Positions 14,072 to 28,470 of a DNA stretch of 64,000 nt are shown here, piece after piece. Source of the stretch: the human T2T-CHM13v2.0 reference genome, Homo sapiens. Where the stretch lies: NCBI RefSeq assembly GCF_009914755.1, contig NC_060925.1; one strand, given 5' to 3'. The notes beneath the pieces were generated by a model. The model made no database searches and was not told the DNA's origin. It was given only the letters and a program-made list of their open reading frames with translations. Both the position numbers and the translations under genes were made by a program. Each line of letters starts with the position of its first letter. Position 1 is the first letter of the stretch.

Positions 14072-17000
14072 GGCTACAGCAATATGAAATTATCTCTTAA
14101 ATTATCAATAAAGTAGATGAGTCCATTTTATAGAAACTTAATCACACTTTTAAAAAATTGCACTGTTACTGGAAACATTCTCATAAACCTCTAATATAAA
14201 ATTATAATTATACTACGGTTTAGCAGTGAGTTAAATCATTTCTTTGATAACTATTAAATAATCCAGAGGATTTCTCTCACATAACTATAGGTATTACTTT
14301 TAAACCCAATAGCAACCATACACTGACAGTCTACTTGCCTGTTAGATGAGGTGAAAATATATGTCTCATAATCAATCACTTAGCTACAACAGCATTACAT
14401 AGATATTCTCCACATGTTGGTATCCATCCTGTCACATCATGTTACATTTGGAAGAGGTGGGACCTAAAAGTGTTTTGAGAAGCCACTAAGTTTTGGCTAC
14501 CTCTAGATTTATAGAGCTACCAACCAGGAAAACTCAGATTAGCAGAAACTATGTATAATTGCCCACTGAAGCCAAACATAAATTCCAAGTCAGTTAGCTT
14601 AAATATCTTCTGCAGTTGATGAATCCATTAGTAATTATCTTCCTGCACCCATGAAGTACTTAAAAGGGTTTTCCCTTACAGGTAAGTTATGAAATGTGCA
14701 ATTCTCCACTTGGAATATTTTAAGTCTGAATTTTACAGAGTGTTTGCAAAACTGGCCCAAGTATACATCAAAGATCACTGAAATGGAAATATGACTGGTT
14801 CATTGCTTGGACCATATTTGCATGAAGATATTGGGTGAAGCCTACTGTAGTGCTCAGCTTTTAGTTATTTTTTTTTAGAGGACATCCTAATTATGGACAT
14901 AGGAATGTAAAAAGTGCCATTCTTAGTTGGGTCCAAGAATCTTCCAGAAATAACACCACCACAGGATGTATGATAGGAGAGTAGCGTTGTTTCTTTAAGC
15001 TATATGATTGTGTAATTATGTACACAAATTAAATATTGTAAGAGTTACTCAAAACCATGACATCTTGATTTCAAATGGAATCACTATTCAGAACTTGAAT
15101 TTCTGTTCTTCCTGGAATACGAGTTCTAAGGAAATAAATTTTCTTGGGTTGAGAATCAAAGTAGATGAACACTTTTTGGAGAGTGACAGGTTGCCTTTAT
15201 TCATATAACGCTTTTAAGTATAAGATCCTTTTCTGAGTGATAACTCATTGCAAATTCATCTCTATTCCTGGGAAAAGGATAATAAATCACAACTGAGGCT
15301 CATACTTGAAAGAAATATTTCCCAGCAGCCATAGCTTTTGGTAACCATCAGCAACAAAGATTTCAGCTACCTTTCTGAAAGGGACCAGAGCTGTGACCAC
15401 AGTAGAACTGGGAAAATGTCCAGCATTGTATAACCATTATTACTATCCCTACCTCAACCTTCCAAGGACTTAAGTTAAACACTGGAGTTAGAGGATAACA
15501 AATGATCATTCAAAGAGCCTCTTCAGGTTGTACATGGTAGAAATTACAATGGATTGTTACAAACCTAAATAAAGAACTGTTTTCATATTGGTGAACTTAA
15601 ACATTATTGCCCTATATAAAAGATTGCAGTTTAGGACTATTAGAATGAAAACCTTGACCCTGAGGGAAAAGAAAAGATATAGTGTATTTGTGCCATAGAA
15701 AATGTAGCTGAGACTGTATCTGAGGAGGTGGGGCCCAGGGAAAGGTGCCCTCTCACCCCCCAGTGCATTCGAGTGCAGCTGTTTCAGTGCCATTTTAGCA
15801 ATGGCCATCAAAATTTGATAAGATATAGAAAAGTTAAAAATGCACATTTTTGACACAGTATTTCTATTTTTGGAATATGTCTTATATGAATACTTGCCTA
15901 TAGACACAAAATGAATAAACAATAACATATAAAAAAAGAAAATGTAGTGCTTCTATGACATAATATAACAGACCCAAATTAACCTCAAACAAATGCCACT
16001 CTGCTAATAAATATGTTGCAACCAGATTGGCAATGATAGTGTGCAGAATTCCCTAATCTTGCCTGATTTTTTGTATTAATCATTCACCTTCACAGAGAAC
16101 AAAAGTGGGTACAAAATCATGGGAATTTAGATGGTGTTGGACAGTTTTCCTAAACACATTTTGCAAAGAAAAGCCATTTGTGTATGGAAAAACAATAAGC
16201 TAGTCAGGAGCAAGTTCTTGTGTATTTTGCAATCAAAAGGATACTTGCAGAGCTCTAACATGCTTGCCAATGTTACAAGGAGTCTTCAAAAAGTTAAAAT
16301 AGCAGAGATTATAAAGTCCACATGTTTGCTGACCTGTTTGTTCCTTTTTGAAAGAGCAATGGGAGTTAAGGGTAAGCAAAGGGATGGGGTTATGGTAGGT
16401 GGGTCACAGGGTATTAGATTTGCATTTGGTTGTTTTTCATACTTCTATTCAATGAAAACTGATGGAATCCCTAGAATAATACTGGAAACTTCTTTCTGGC
16501 ACTTCTGAACAAGAGTCATTTGACCAAACTATCCCATGACACAATCATGGAAACAGCAATAAGATCCAGCACATGAATGGGAAGTATAGTAAAACCTGAA
16601 TATAAAGATTAATTAGAGGTGATTACAGTTCCAGTCCTGGCAGGATTCATCACCTGCTGACTAAAGAGCCCTTGGGCTCTGAGTAATCAGCAGTGGTAGC
16701 CAGGCAGTACTCACTGCAGGCCCTAAGTGAAAAATCAAAGCTCTGCTGTCTTCGGTTATGACCCAGCACATTCCTAGCTATGGTGGCTATGGGGAGAAAC
16801 TCCTTATGCTTGAGCAAACAAGAGTGAAAAGCAAAGGAGACTTTGTCTTGCAGCTTAGGTACCAGCTGAGCCACAGTGGGGTAGAGCACCAAGTGGATTC
16901 CTGGCATCCCCAGTTTCAGGCTTTGGCTACTGGACAGCATTTCTGGATCTTTCCTGGGCCAGAAGGGGGCCCACATCCCTGAAGGGAGAGACCCATGCTT

Positions 17001-17561
17001 GACAGCATTCACCACAAACTGACTGAAGAGCCCTTGGGTGAACATTGGCAGTAGCCTGGTGGTACTCGCTGTCGGCCTGAGCCAGTGGTGGCCGCAGGGA
17101 CTCATCTGTTTGAAGAAAGTGGAGGGAAGAGTGGGAAGGACTTTGTCTTGAGGCTTGGGTGCCAGCTCAGCTGCAGTAGAATAGAGCACCAGGTGGATTC
17201 CAAAGGTTCCTGACTCCAGGCCCTGGATCTGCAAAGACATCTCTTAACCTGTGCTGGGATTGCAGGAACTCGCTGCCCTGAAGGGAAGGATGCAAGCCTG
17301 GCTGGATTCACCACTTGCTGATTGTAGAGCCCTTGGGCCTTGAATGAACATAGGTAGTATCCAGGCAGTGGTAACTGTGGGCCTTCGGCAAGACCCAGTG
17401 CTGTGCTAGCTTTGGTCCTGACCCAGCACAGTCCCAGTGGTGGTGGTCACAGGGGTTCTTGTGTCACCCCTTCCCCAGCTCTAGGCAGCTCAGCACAGAG
17501 AAAGCAAATCCATTTGTTTGGAGGAAAGTAAGGGAAGAGAATAAGAGTTTCTACTTGGTAA

Positions 17562-18101
<540 letters not shown>

Positions 18102-18139
18102 TGATGAACACCCACAAGCAACAAGACCATCCAGGAAAA

Positions 18140-19060
18140 CATGATCTTACCGAGTGAACTAAACAAGGAACCAGGGACTAATCCAGCGTAACAGAGAAAT
18201 ATTACCTTTCAGACAGAGAATTCAAACTAGTTGTTTTGAGGAAGCTCAATGAAAGCAAATAGAGAAAGAATTCGGAATTCTGTCAGAGAAATTTAACAAA
18301 GAGATTGAAATAATTAAAAAGAATCAAGGAGAAATTCTGAAGCTGAAAAATGCAATGGACATATTGAAGGATGCATCAGGGTCTCTTAACTGCAGAATTG
18401 ATCAAGCAGAAGAAAGAATTAGTGAGCTTAAAGACAGGCTATTTGAAAATACACAGTCACAGAAGACCAAAAAACAAGAATGAAAAAGAATGAGGCATCC
18501 CTACAAGATCTAGAAAATAGCCTCAAAAGGGCAAATCTGAAAGTTATTGGCCTTAAAGAGGAGGTAGGGAGAGACATCAGGGCAGAAAGTTTATTCAAAG
18601 GTATAATAATAAAGAACTTCCCAAACCTAGAGAAAGATATCAATATTCAAGTACAAGAAGACTATAGAACACCAAGCAGATTGACCAAAAGAAGACTACC
18701 TCAAGGCATTTAATAATTAAACTCCCAAAGATCAAGGATAAAGAAAAGATCCTAAAAGCAGCAGAAGAAAAGAAACAAATAACATACAACAGAGCTCCCA
18801 AGTATCTGACAGCAGACCTTTCCGTGGAAACCTTACAGGCCAGGAGAGAGAGGCATGACATATTTAAAGTGCTGAAGAAATAAAACTTTTATTGTAGGAT
18901 AGTTTATCTGGTGAAAATGTTCTTCAAACATGAAGGGGGAAATAAAGACTTTCCCAGACTAACAAAAGGTGAGGGATTTCATCAACACCAGACTTGTTCT
19001 ACAGAAAATGCTGTGGGGAGTTCTTCAATCTTAGAGAAAATGGTGTTAATGAGCAACAAG
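18140..19060 (+). pseudogene. L1 ORF1p remnant (disrupted)
   Basis: Fragment KKNEASLQDLENSLKRANLKVIGLKEE...ESLFKGIIIKNFPNLEKDINIQVQE, with stops and frameshifts. Confidence 0.85.
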
Positions 19061-19562
19061 AAATCATCTGAAGGTGGAAAACTCACTGGTAATAGTACAT
19101 ACACAGAAAAACACAGAATATTATAATAATGTGGTTGTGATGTGTGAACTACTCATGTCCTGGTAGAAAAACTGAAAGATGAACCTATCAAAAACAATAA
19201 CAACAACTTTTCAAGACATAGACAGTATAAAAATATATAAATAGAAACAATAAAAAGTTTAAAAATGGAAGGGGCAGAGTGAAAGTGTAGAGTTTTTATT
19301 AGTTTTCTCTTTTCCTGTTTCTTAGTTTATTTATGTAATCAGTGTTAAGTTGTCAACAGTTTGAAATAAGGGATTATGAGATAGTATTTGTAAGCCTCAT
19401 CAAAAAAACCTCAAATCAAAATACATACAACAGATACATAAAAAATAAAAAGGAAGAAATTAAACCATATTGCCAGAGAAAATCACCTTCATTAAAAGGA
19501 AAACAGGAAGTAAGGAAAGAAGGAAGAGAAGACCACAAAACAATCAGAAAACAGATTTTAAA

Positions 19563-22500
19563 ATGTCAGGAGTAAGTCCTTACTTATCAATAATAACATT
19601 GAATTTAAATGAACTAAACTCTCCAATGAAAAGACATAGAGTGGCTGAATGGATTAAAAAGAAACAAGATCCAATAATCTGTTACCTACAAAAGCATATT
19701 TAACCTATAAAGACACACATAGACTGAAAATAAAGGGATGGAAAAAGATATTCCATGCCAATGGAAACCAAAAAAGAGCAGGAGTAGCTATAGTTATATC
19801 AGACAAAGTAGATCTCAAGATAAAAACTATGAAAAGAGACAAAGAAGGTCACTACGTAATGATAAAGGGGTCAATTCAGCGAAAGGTTATATTAATTGTA
19901 GATATATATGCACCCAACACTGGAGCACCCAGATATATAAAGCAAACATTATTAGAGCTAAAGAGAGAGATAGACCTCAATACAATAATAGCTGGAGACT
20001 TCAATATCCCACTTTTAGCATTGGACAGATCTTCCAGACAGAAAATCAGCAAAGAAACGTTGGATTTAATCTGCACTATAGATCAAATGGACCTAATGGA
20101 TAGTTACAAAACATTTTCATCCAATGGCTACAGAATACACATTCTTTTCCTCAGCACATGAAACGTTCTCAAGGACAGATCATATGTTAGGTCACAAAGC
20201 AAGTTTTAAAACATCCCCAAAAATGAAATAATATCAAGCATCTTCTCTAACCACAATGGAATAAAACTAGAAATCAATAACAAGAGGAATTTTGGAAACT
20301 ATACAAACACATGGAAATTTTAAAATATGCTCCTGAATGACCAGTGGTTCAATGAAGAAATTAAGAAGGAAATTGAAAACTTTCTTGAAACAAACAATAA
20401 TAGAAATACAACATACCAAAATCTATGGGATACAGTGAAAGCAGTACTAACAGAGAAGTTTATAGCTATAACCACTTATAGCAAAAAGAAGAAAAACTTC
20501 AATAAACAACTTAATGATGCATCTTAAAGAACTAGAAAAACAAGAGCAAACCAAACCCAAAATTCGTAGAAGAAAATAAATAATAAAGATCAGGGCAGAA
20601 ATAAATGAATTTGAAATGAGAAAAACAATACAAAAGCTCAACAAAACAAAAAGTTGGTTTTATAAAAGATAATAAAATTGACAAATCTTTAGCCAGACTA
20701 AGATAAAAAGAGAGAAGACCCAAATAAATAAAACCAGAAATGAAAAAGGAGACATTATAACTGATGCCACAGAAATTCAAAGGATAATTGTTGGCTACTA
20801 TGAACAACTATATGCCAATAAATTGGAAACCCTAAAGACATACAACTTGACAAGATTGAACTAGGAAGAAATCCAAAACCTAAACAGACCAATAACAAGT
20901 AATGAGATCGAAACCTTAACAAAAAGTCTTCCAGCAAAGAAAATCCCAGGACCCAGTGGCTTCACTGCTGAATTCTACCAAACTAATACCAACCGTACTC
21001 AAACTATTCTAAAAAAACAGAGGAGAGGAGAATACTTCCAAACTTATTCCACAAGGCCGGTATTACCCTGATACCAAAACCAAAGACACATCAAAAAAAG
21101 AAAAGGCCAGTATCACTGATAAATATTGATGCAGAAATCCTTAACAAAATACTAGCAAACTGAATTCAACAACACATTAGAAAGATCATTCATCGTGACA
21201 AAGTGGGATTTATGCCAGAGATGCAAGGGTGGTTCAACATATCAAATCAACCAATGTGATACATCATATCAACAGAATGAAGGATAAGAATGATATGATC
21301 ATTTCAGTTGATGCTGAAAAAGCATTCAACAAAATTCCATATCCCTTCATGATAAAAACCTTCAGAAAACTAGGTATAGAAGGAACATACTTCAACAAAA
21401 TGAAAACCACATACAACAGACCTGTAAGTAATATTATACTGAACAGGGAAAAACTGAAAGGCTTTCCTCTAAGATCTGGAACACGACAATGATGTCCACT
21501 GTCACCACTGCCATTCAACGTAGCCCTGGAATTCCTAGCTAGAGCAATCAGACAAGAGAATGAAATAAAGGGCATCTAAACTGGAAGGGAAGAAGTCAAA
21601 TTATCCTTATTTGCAGATGATAAGATCTTATATTTGGAAAAACCTAAAGACTCCACCAAAAACTATGAAAACTGATAAATAAATTTGAGAGAGTTGCAGG
21701 ATACAAAATCAATATACAAAAAAATCAATAGCATTTCTATATACCAACAGCAAACAAGCTAAAAAAGAAATCAAGAAAGTAATCCCATTTACAATAGCTA
21801 CAAATAAAATTAAGTATCCAGGAATTAACTTAGCCAAAGAAGTGAAAGATCTCTACAATAAAACTGTAAAACATTGATGCAAGAAATTGAAGAAGATACA
21901 AAAAAGTGGAAAGGTATTTTATGTTCATGGATTAGAATAATCAATAGTGTTAAGATGTCCATACTATCTGAAGCAATCTACAGATTCAATCCAATTCCTA
22001 TCGAAATACCAATGACTTTCTTCACAGAAATAGAAAAAATATTTCTAAATTTATATGGAACCACAAAAGATCCAGAATAGTCAAAACTATCCTGAGCAAA
22101 AGGAACAAAACTGGAGGGATCACATCACCTGACTTCAAATTATGCTACAAAGCTTTAGTAACCAAAACAGCTTCGTATTGGCCTAAAAACAGACACATAG
22201 ATCAGTGAAACAGAATAAAGAACCTAGAGATAAATCCATGCATCTTCAGTGAACTCATTTTTGACAAAGATGCCAAGAACATACATTGGGGAAAGGACCG
22301 TCTCTTCAATAAATGATGCTGGGAAAACTGCATATCCACGTGCAGAGGAATGAAACTAGATCCCTATCTCTCACCGTATACAAAAATGAAACAAAAGTGG
22401 ATTAAAGACTTAAATCTAAGACCTCAAATATGAAATTACTAAATGAAAACATTGAGGAAACTCTCCAGGACGTTGGACTGGGCAAAGATTTCTTAAGTAA

Positions 22501-23000
22501 TACCCTACAAGCACAGGCAACTAAAGCAAAAACGGACAAATGGATCACATAAAGTTAAAAAGCTTCTGCATAGCAAAGGAAACAATCAACAAAGTAAAGA
22601 GAAAACCTGCAGAATGGGAGAAAATATTCGCAAATTACCCATCTAACAAGGGATTAATAACTAGAATATATAAAATGCTCAAACAACTCTATAGGAAAAA
22701 AAATCTAATAATTTGCTTTAAAAATGGGCAAAATATCTGAATAGACATTTCTCAAAAGAAGACATACAAATGGCAAACAAGCATATGAAAAGGTGCTCAA
22801 CATCATTAATCATCAGAGAATAAATCAGTATATCAAGGAGATATCTGCACTCTAGTATTTGTTGCAGCACTGTTCACAATAGCCAAGATCTGGAAGCAAC
22901 CAAAGTGTCCATCAACTAATGACTGGATAAAGAAAATGTGATACATATACACAATGGAGTACTATTCAGCGTGAGAAAGAATGAGATCCTATCACTTGCA
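19563..23000 (+). pseudogene. L1 ORF2p (endonuclease/reverse transcriptase) remnant (disrupted)
   Basis: MSGVSPYLSIITLNLNELNSPMKRHRVAEWIKK (EN N-terminus), [24 protein letters not shown] and SLFADD at ~21604-21621; many stops. Confidence 0.92.
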
Positions 23001-23256
23001 ACAACAGGGATGGAACTGGAGGACATTATAAATGAAATAAGCCAGGCCCAGAAAGACAAACTTTGCATGTTCTCACTTATTTACAGGAGCTAAAAATTAG
23101 AATAATTAAACTCATAGAGATAGAGTGTAGAAAGATGGTTACCAGAGGCTGGGAAACTGAGGTTACTGAGGGTGTGGGAAACAGAAAAAACGAGCCTTAC
23201 TTAGTCTTCATAGAACTACATTCTGCTGAAGAAGACAATAGTAATACAATTTTTCA

Positions 23257-23636
<380 letters not shown>

Positions 23637-24018
23637 TCAAGATGTCAAGAAGTATCATTGTAGATTGATTGCTCAGAGATGGCCTTTTTGAAATAACTTA
23701 TGGGGTAAGCAAAATGATTAGAGAGAGGGAGACAAGGGGAGATTTGGGGGAAGATATGCCCCTCTACTTCAGGTCTAAGTTTTTTTAACACCTTAGACAA
23801 GATGCCCTGGGCTGACATGTGCAACCTAGCCCCTCTATTTACTATCTCTCACTTTCCATCAGCAACATCAAACAGCCTTCAGGTCTCCATAGTCACCACT
23901 TTACTTCTTACTTTTTCTCCTTTCACACAGTCTGTCCTCTGTCTGAGATGTCCTCCGCATTTGTCCCTTCATCCCAAACTTGATGGAACTCCTGGAAGTT
24001 TTCCCTGATTGCCTTCTG

Positions 24019-24021
<3 letters not shown>

Positions 24022-24054
<33 letters not shown>
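24022..24054. repeat. (CA)n microsatellite
   Basis: ~16 uninterrupted CA units. Confidence 0.98.
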
Positions 24055-24059
<5 letters not shown>

Positions 24060-24579
24060 CCCCAAAGCATCCTGAGCTTACCTTTGTCATTGCATTCATC
24101 ATATTGCTTTATGTGGTAATCACATTTGATGGTACTTTGAAATATACAACTTTGAAATGTAATCCAACATAATAAAATTTTACTTATTCATCCAATTTGA
24201 AATAATGTACATTATCAATTTTTTAATTCATCAAGAGTTATTTAATTTCAAAATCATCATCCTTCATATTTCTAACATTAACAAGTGACAGTGCCACTTA
24301 GACTGGTAAATAGAAAGAACTGCCATCTTTGGCCAATTTTATGGGGAAAATTGTCTTGAATTTTGTTTTTTATTTCATGTCCTTGTCAGGTATTTATAGT
24401 GTATTTTTAATTCCGCCAAGTCCAAATACAGTTTTCTAATTAGGGATCATTTTTGCCGTAACCAGTGTTGCCTGGCAACATAGGTATCATTCTACCCTAT
24501 GCAACTGCTAGAGGAACACAGCTAGAAAGTTAACTGAAGGTCAAATATGCATGCATAATAGGAAAGGATTTTGTTAAAC

Positions 24580-25080
24580 TTTTTAAAAAAATAAACTTTT
24601 GAGATATAATTGAAATATAACTAGCAACAGGTTTTTATAGTACACATTTGTTAGTTCTTGACAAATACATATATTCATGAAACCATCACCACAATCAAGA
24701 TAATAAATACATGCATCACTCCCAAATGTTTGCATAGATCCCTTTGTAATTCTCCCTCTACACTTTCTGAACTGCCCCACTCATCTCCCAGCAACCACTC
24801 ACCTGCTTTCTATTAATATAGATCAGTTTGCATTTCCTAAAATTTTACATAAATAAAATAATACAATATATACTTTTTTGGAGGAGGAGAAGGGACTGGC
24901 TTTTTTCATACAGCATAATTATTTTGAGATTCCTCCATTCCATATGTGAATCAATAGTTCATTCCTTCTTATTGATGAATATCATTTCCATTATAAGGAT
25001 ATACCACAATTTGTTGAACTGCTCACCCATTGGGTGGCCATTTGAGTTGTTTTTAGTTGCAAGCTATTGTTTTGTTTTTG
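24580..25080 (-). mobile_element. Old L1 (L1MD/L1ME-type) 3' fragment
   Basis: tttgagatataatt...catcaccacaatcaagata...cagcaaccact...ataccacaatttg. Confidence 0.75.
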
Positions 25081-25926
25081 CTTATTTGCTTTTATAGTAT
25101 ATTCATTTGAAGCAAAATCCAAGTAAGATCAATGCATAATTCTATAATTCATGCTGCATTTCTTAGCTGGAATATATCTATCAAGAGAAATTTCTCCTCA
25201 TCAACATTTTGATTACACTAAAGTATGGATTGTACTGGAAGGATAGCATTTATGTTTGACTGAACTTTAGTTTCAGAATATCTTCTCATCCACAGGAACA
25301 ACTTGGTAACGTGGATCATGACTCTTTCTTGACCTATAGGACTCCATAGATGTGCTTCCATTTGACTGGATACCAAAGGCAAGAGGAGAAGGTGCCAGTA
25401 ATATATTTCACTGGCTATATACGGTAGTTTCTTGAATTCTGGTGTTTTGAATTATGAGAGCTTCTCAAGAATGCATCCTTCACAATTTAAGTTTATATAT
25501 CTATGTCCCCCTGTAGACTGTGAGCTCCTTGAAGACAGAGAATGTGTCTTGCAAAGCTGTGTGTCTACAGTGCCTAGCACAGTGCCAGAATATAGTAAGC
25601 TCCCAATAATTGTTTCTCAAGGGAACATAAGTATTGAATTAAATCCTATTGCAAGACTGTAGGATCTGGTGTTGAAAGAGCTGAAGCCCTGATTCTCAGT
25701 AGCACATTAACAACTGGGAGGGAGAGGATTGAAGTCACCTGGAAAAGAAGAACAGTTTTGTGTCTGTTCTGCCTCTGGCTTTGTCCTTCATTTTACCCCT
25801 GAATCCATCTCTTGGTAGGTTGCTGTTTTGTTTTTGAGCTTATTAAGACTTTTTAAAAGTTACCTATACCTTCAACTTAGGGACAGAATTGCCATATTGC
25901 TACTTCATGGCAAAATAGGTACACGG

Positions 25927-26065
25927 TAGATAAATAGACGGATAGATGGATGATGATAGATTAGATAGATAGATAGATAGACAGATCATATTAATAGATA
26001 GATAATAGGTAGACTAGATGGAGAGAGAGATAGGTAGATAGATGATAGATAGATAGATAGATGAC

Positions 26066-26105
<40 letters not shown>

Positions 26106-26123
26106 GATAGATAGATAGATAGA
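25927..26123. repeat. Compound (GATA)n tetranucleotide repeat
   Basis: Interrupted gata/gatg/gaca array. Confidence 0.97.
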
Positions 26124-26574
26124 CTGAAATACAGTCTGTTTTCTTGCTGTCTTCTTGACAAACATATAAACAGCCCACCCTAACATGGTGACTCATGATT
26201 GGTAGGGTGTCCCAAAGTACTACGGTAAGAAGTCACTTAACATAACAAATTCATTGGATCTGGAATAATTTTTTCACTTCATTGTATTCAGGATAATTAT
26301 TTTAAAAACAGAAACCAACGTGGACTTTGGAGAGAGATAAACCAGGGTGCGATTCTTGGTTCCACCCACTGTACGCCTTTCAGTACAACTTAATCTACCC
26401 ACCCCTCAGCTTATCTGTAAAATAAGAATAATAAAACTTATGTTTAGGGTTTTTGTGAGCATATATATATAAAATGTACAATACAGTGTTCAGTAAATGA
26501 TAGCAGAGATCATGACAAGCCAGGAGGAGCATGATCCTACGGAGGACAGACTTTGCAAGGCCAAATGCTGTAGG

Positions 26575-26780
26575 AGAGAAAAATCTAGACTTCAGAGTCA
26601 GACAGACTGGGATTCAAATTTTGGTTTTTCTACTTTTTTATTCTGCCACCTTTAGTAACATAAGCTCCCATAATCTCAGTTCCTTCCTATGTAAGATGGC
26701 AATAGTTAGAGATCTCATATGTTAGTTGAAAGGAGTAAATGAAAAAACATTTGCATAGCATTGGGCATATAGCAGGCATA
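26575..26780 (+). mobile_element. MIR SINE
   Basis: agagtcagacagactgggattcaaat...ctcagttccttcctatgtaagatgg. Confidence 0.7.
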
Positions 26781-28249
26781 AAAAATTTTTATCACCTCTT
26801 CTTCCCTTTTCTGACACTAATGTTTATTTGAATATTTTCATCTACATTCTTTCTATATGGACAGCCTCCTAATTTTCTGAAGGTCTGTAATTAGTATTTG
26901 CTGGAAGCAACACTTGAACAGTGACTCCAGTCTAGACTATCCTCTGGGAAGTGAACCACAGCTACCCACATATTCGATTCTTGCATCCATCTAGGGAGCA
27001 CAGCTCCTATTCCTCCAGCCAAACCATACTTTAAGTAATAATCTCATCCAGAGCTTCCCTTTCACTTCTTTCCTACTTCCCTCCTACAGAGACCATCTAT
27101 TTCCATTATCCTCAATGCCTTGGCTAGTACTCCATGGAGCCAGCCCAACCTAGGTCATCTTCAGACCTGGAACTTGCTCTTCCCTGAAATATTTATTTTG
27201 TTAAGGCAAACCAAAGGATTCTCAAGTTCACCCAAACAGCAGGTGTCTGTTTTTGCCAAGAATGCTCCTTTCATTTTAAGGACATTGTTTCAGGCACCAG
27301 AAATATAAACGATGGAAAAGCTGAGTGCAGGTCTGTGTGGTTCCATTGGGTTTAGGTTACCACCGGAAACTGAGCAAAGAGCAGAGAACTGACTAATTCA
27401 TTAACCCTTTCTACTCTCACGGTGGCTGAGAAGAAAGCATCTTCAGCTCCAGTAGACTAGAGGTTTAGAAGTGTTCTTACTCTTTATCTGTGGTGCGATT
27501 TTGCAAGCAAAATTTGCAAGTCAAGTTGCAATCTCAAAATTAAAACATAAAGAGGTAAAATTGAGGAGGGGTTTTAAAAATGAAATTTAAGTAATGAATA
27601 CAGAAAATTGCTGCTTGTACACATTATAAATCTTTAAGGTGGGACACAAACAGAGACTAAAGAGACATATAATAAATTGTGAGTGGCGCCTGATAGTTGC
27701 ATCGATTTCTGAATTGAGATAAAAAAATTAGGTGACATTTTTAAAAGGCACAGAGAGTTTGGTAAAAAGGTGGCCTCCAAAATTCTCCATATATAGCTAT
27801 TTTAATCAAGTAATCTTTGAGTAACTCTCTTGCTTCTAATTGTTTCATGTGTTCTGGCCTCCCTGTTAGAAAGCAGTAAGATCAGAAGAATACCTCCCCA
27901 TTTCTTCTTGTATCCTTTGCAGTGTCCACTGTGATTCCAGTAGTTTGTTGGTGGAATAGGTAAATAAATGAGTTATAGATAATGTCATGTTATATTAATG
28001 TCCTAAAACACAATCTGTATTTGGGTTATTATAATGAAGAATGATAACTTTTACTGTTCAAACTGACATTTTGAAAGGTTGACAAAAATTCCCAATAAAA
28101 AGAATTACCATTCAAAAACATATGAAAGTTACAAGAAAAAGTTAGAGTGAAATAACCAGTTGTATTTCCATTCTACCTTGTTCCATAGAGGATATGAGGT
28201 AGACAAATTCCTTATGCTAAGTTTTACAAATAGATTGCCAGAGAATAAT

Positions 28250-28470
28250 ATCACTTTGCATTTGTAAGAATTTTACACTTTAGAAAGCATTTTCCTGTAT
28301 CTTATCTCATTTAAGTTCTTGAGCAACTCTATGAGGAAGGTATTTTTATGCTTATTTTACTGACAAGGATAATTAGTTTCAGAGAAGAAATGTGCCTTTG
28401 CGAGGTCACAGAATGGGCATATTTCTGAGCCAAGACTCACATCCCATTTCCTCACCTCAGGTTCTGTGTT
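28250..28470 (-). mobile_element. MIR SINE
   Basis: atctcatttaagttcttgagcaactctatgagg...attttactgacaagga...aggtcacag. Confidence 0.7.

Noticed and set aside
18480-22740. Endonuclease/RT-like ORFs suggesting an active retroelement or novel RT system
   Set aside because: They are fragments of one decayed L1 with many stops, frameshifts and deletions.
25986-26196. (IYLS)n peptides, also at 31469-31870
   Set aside because: These are translations of GATA microsatellites.
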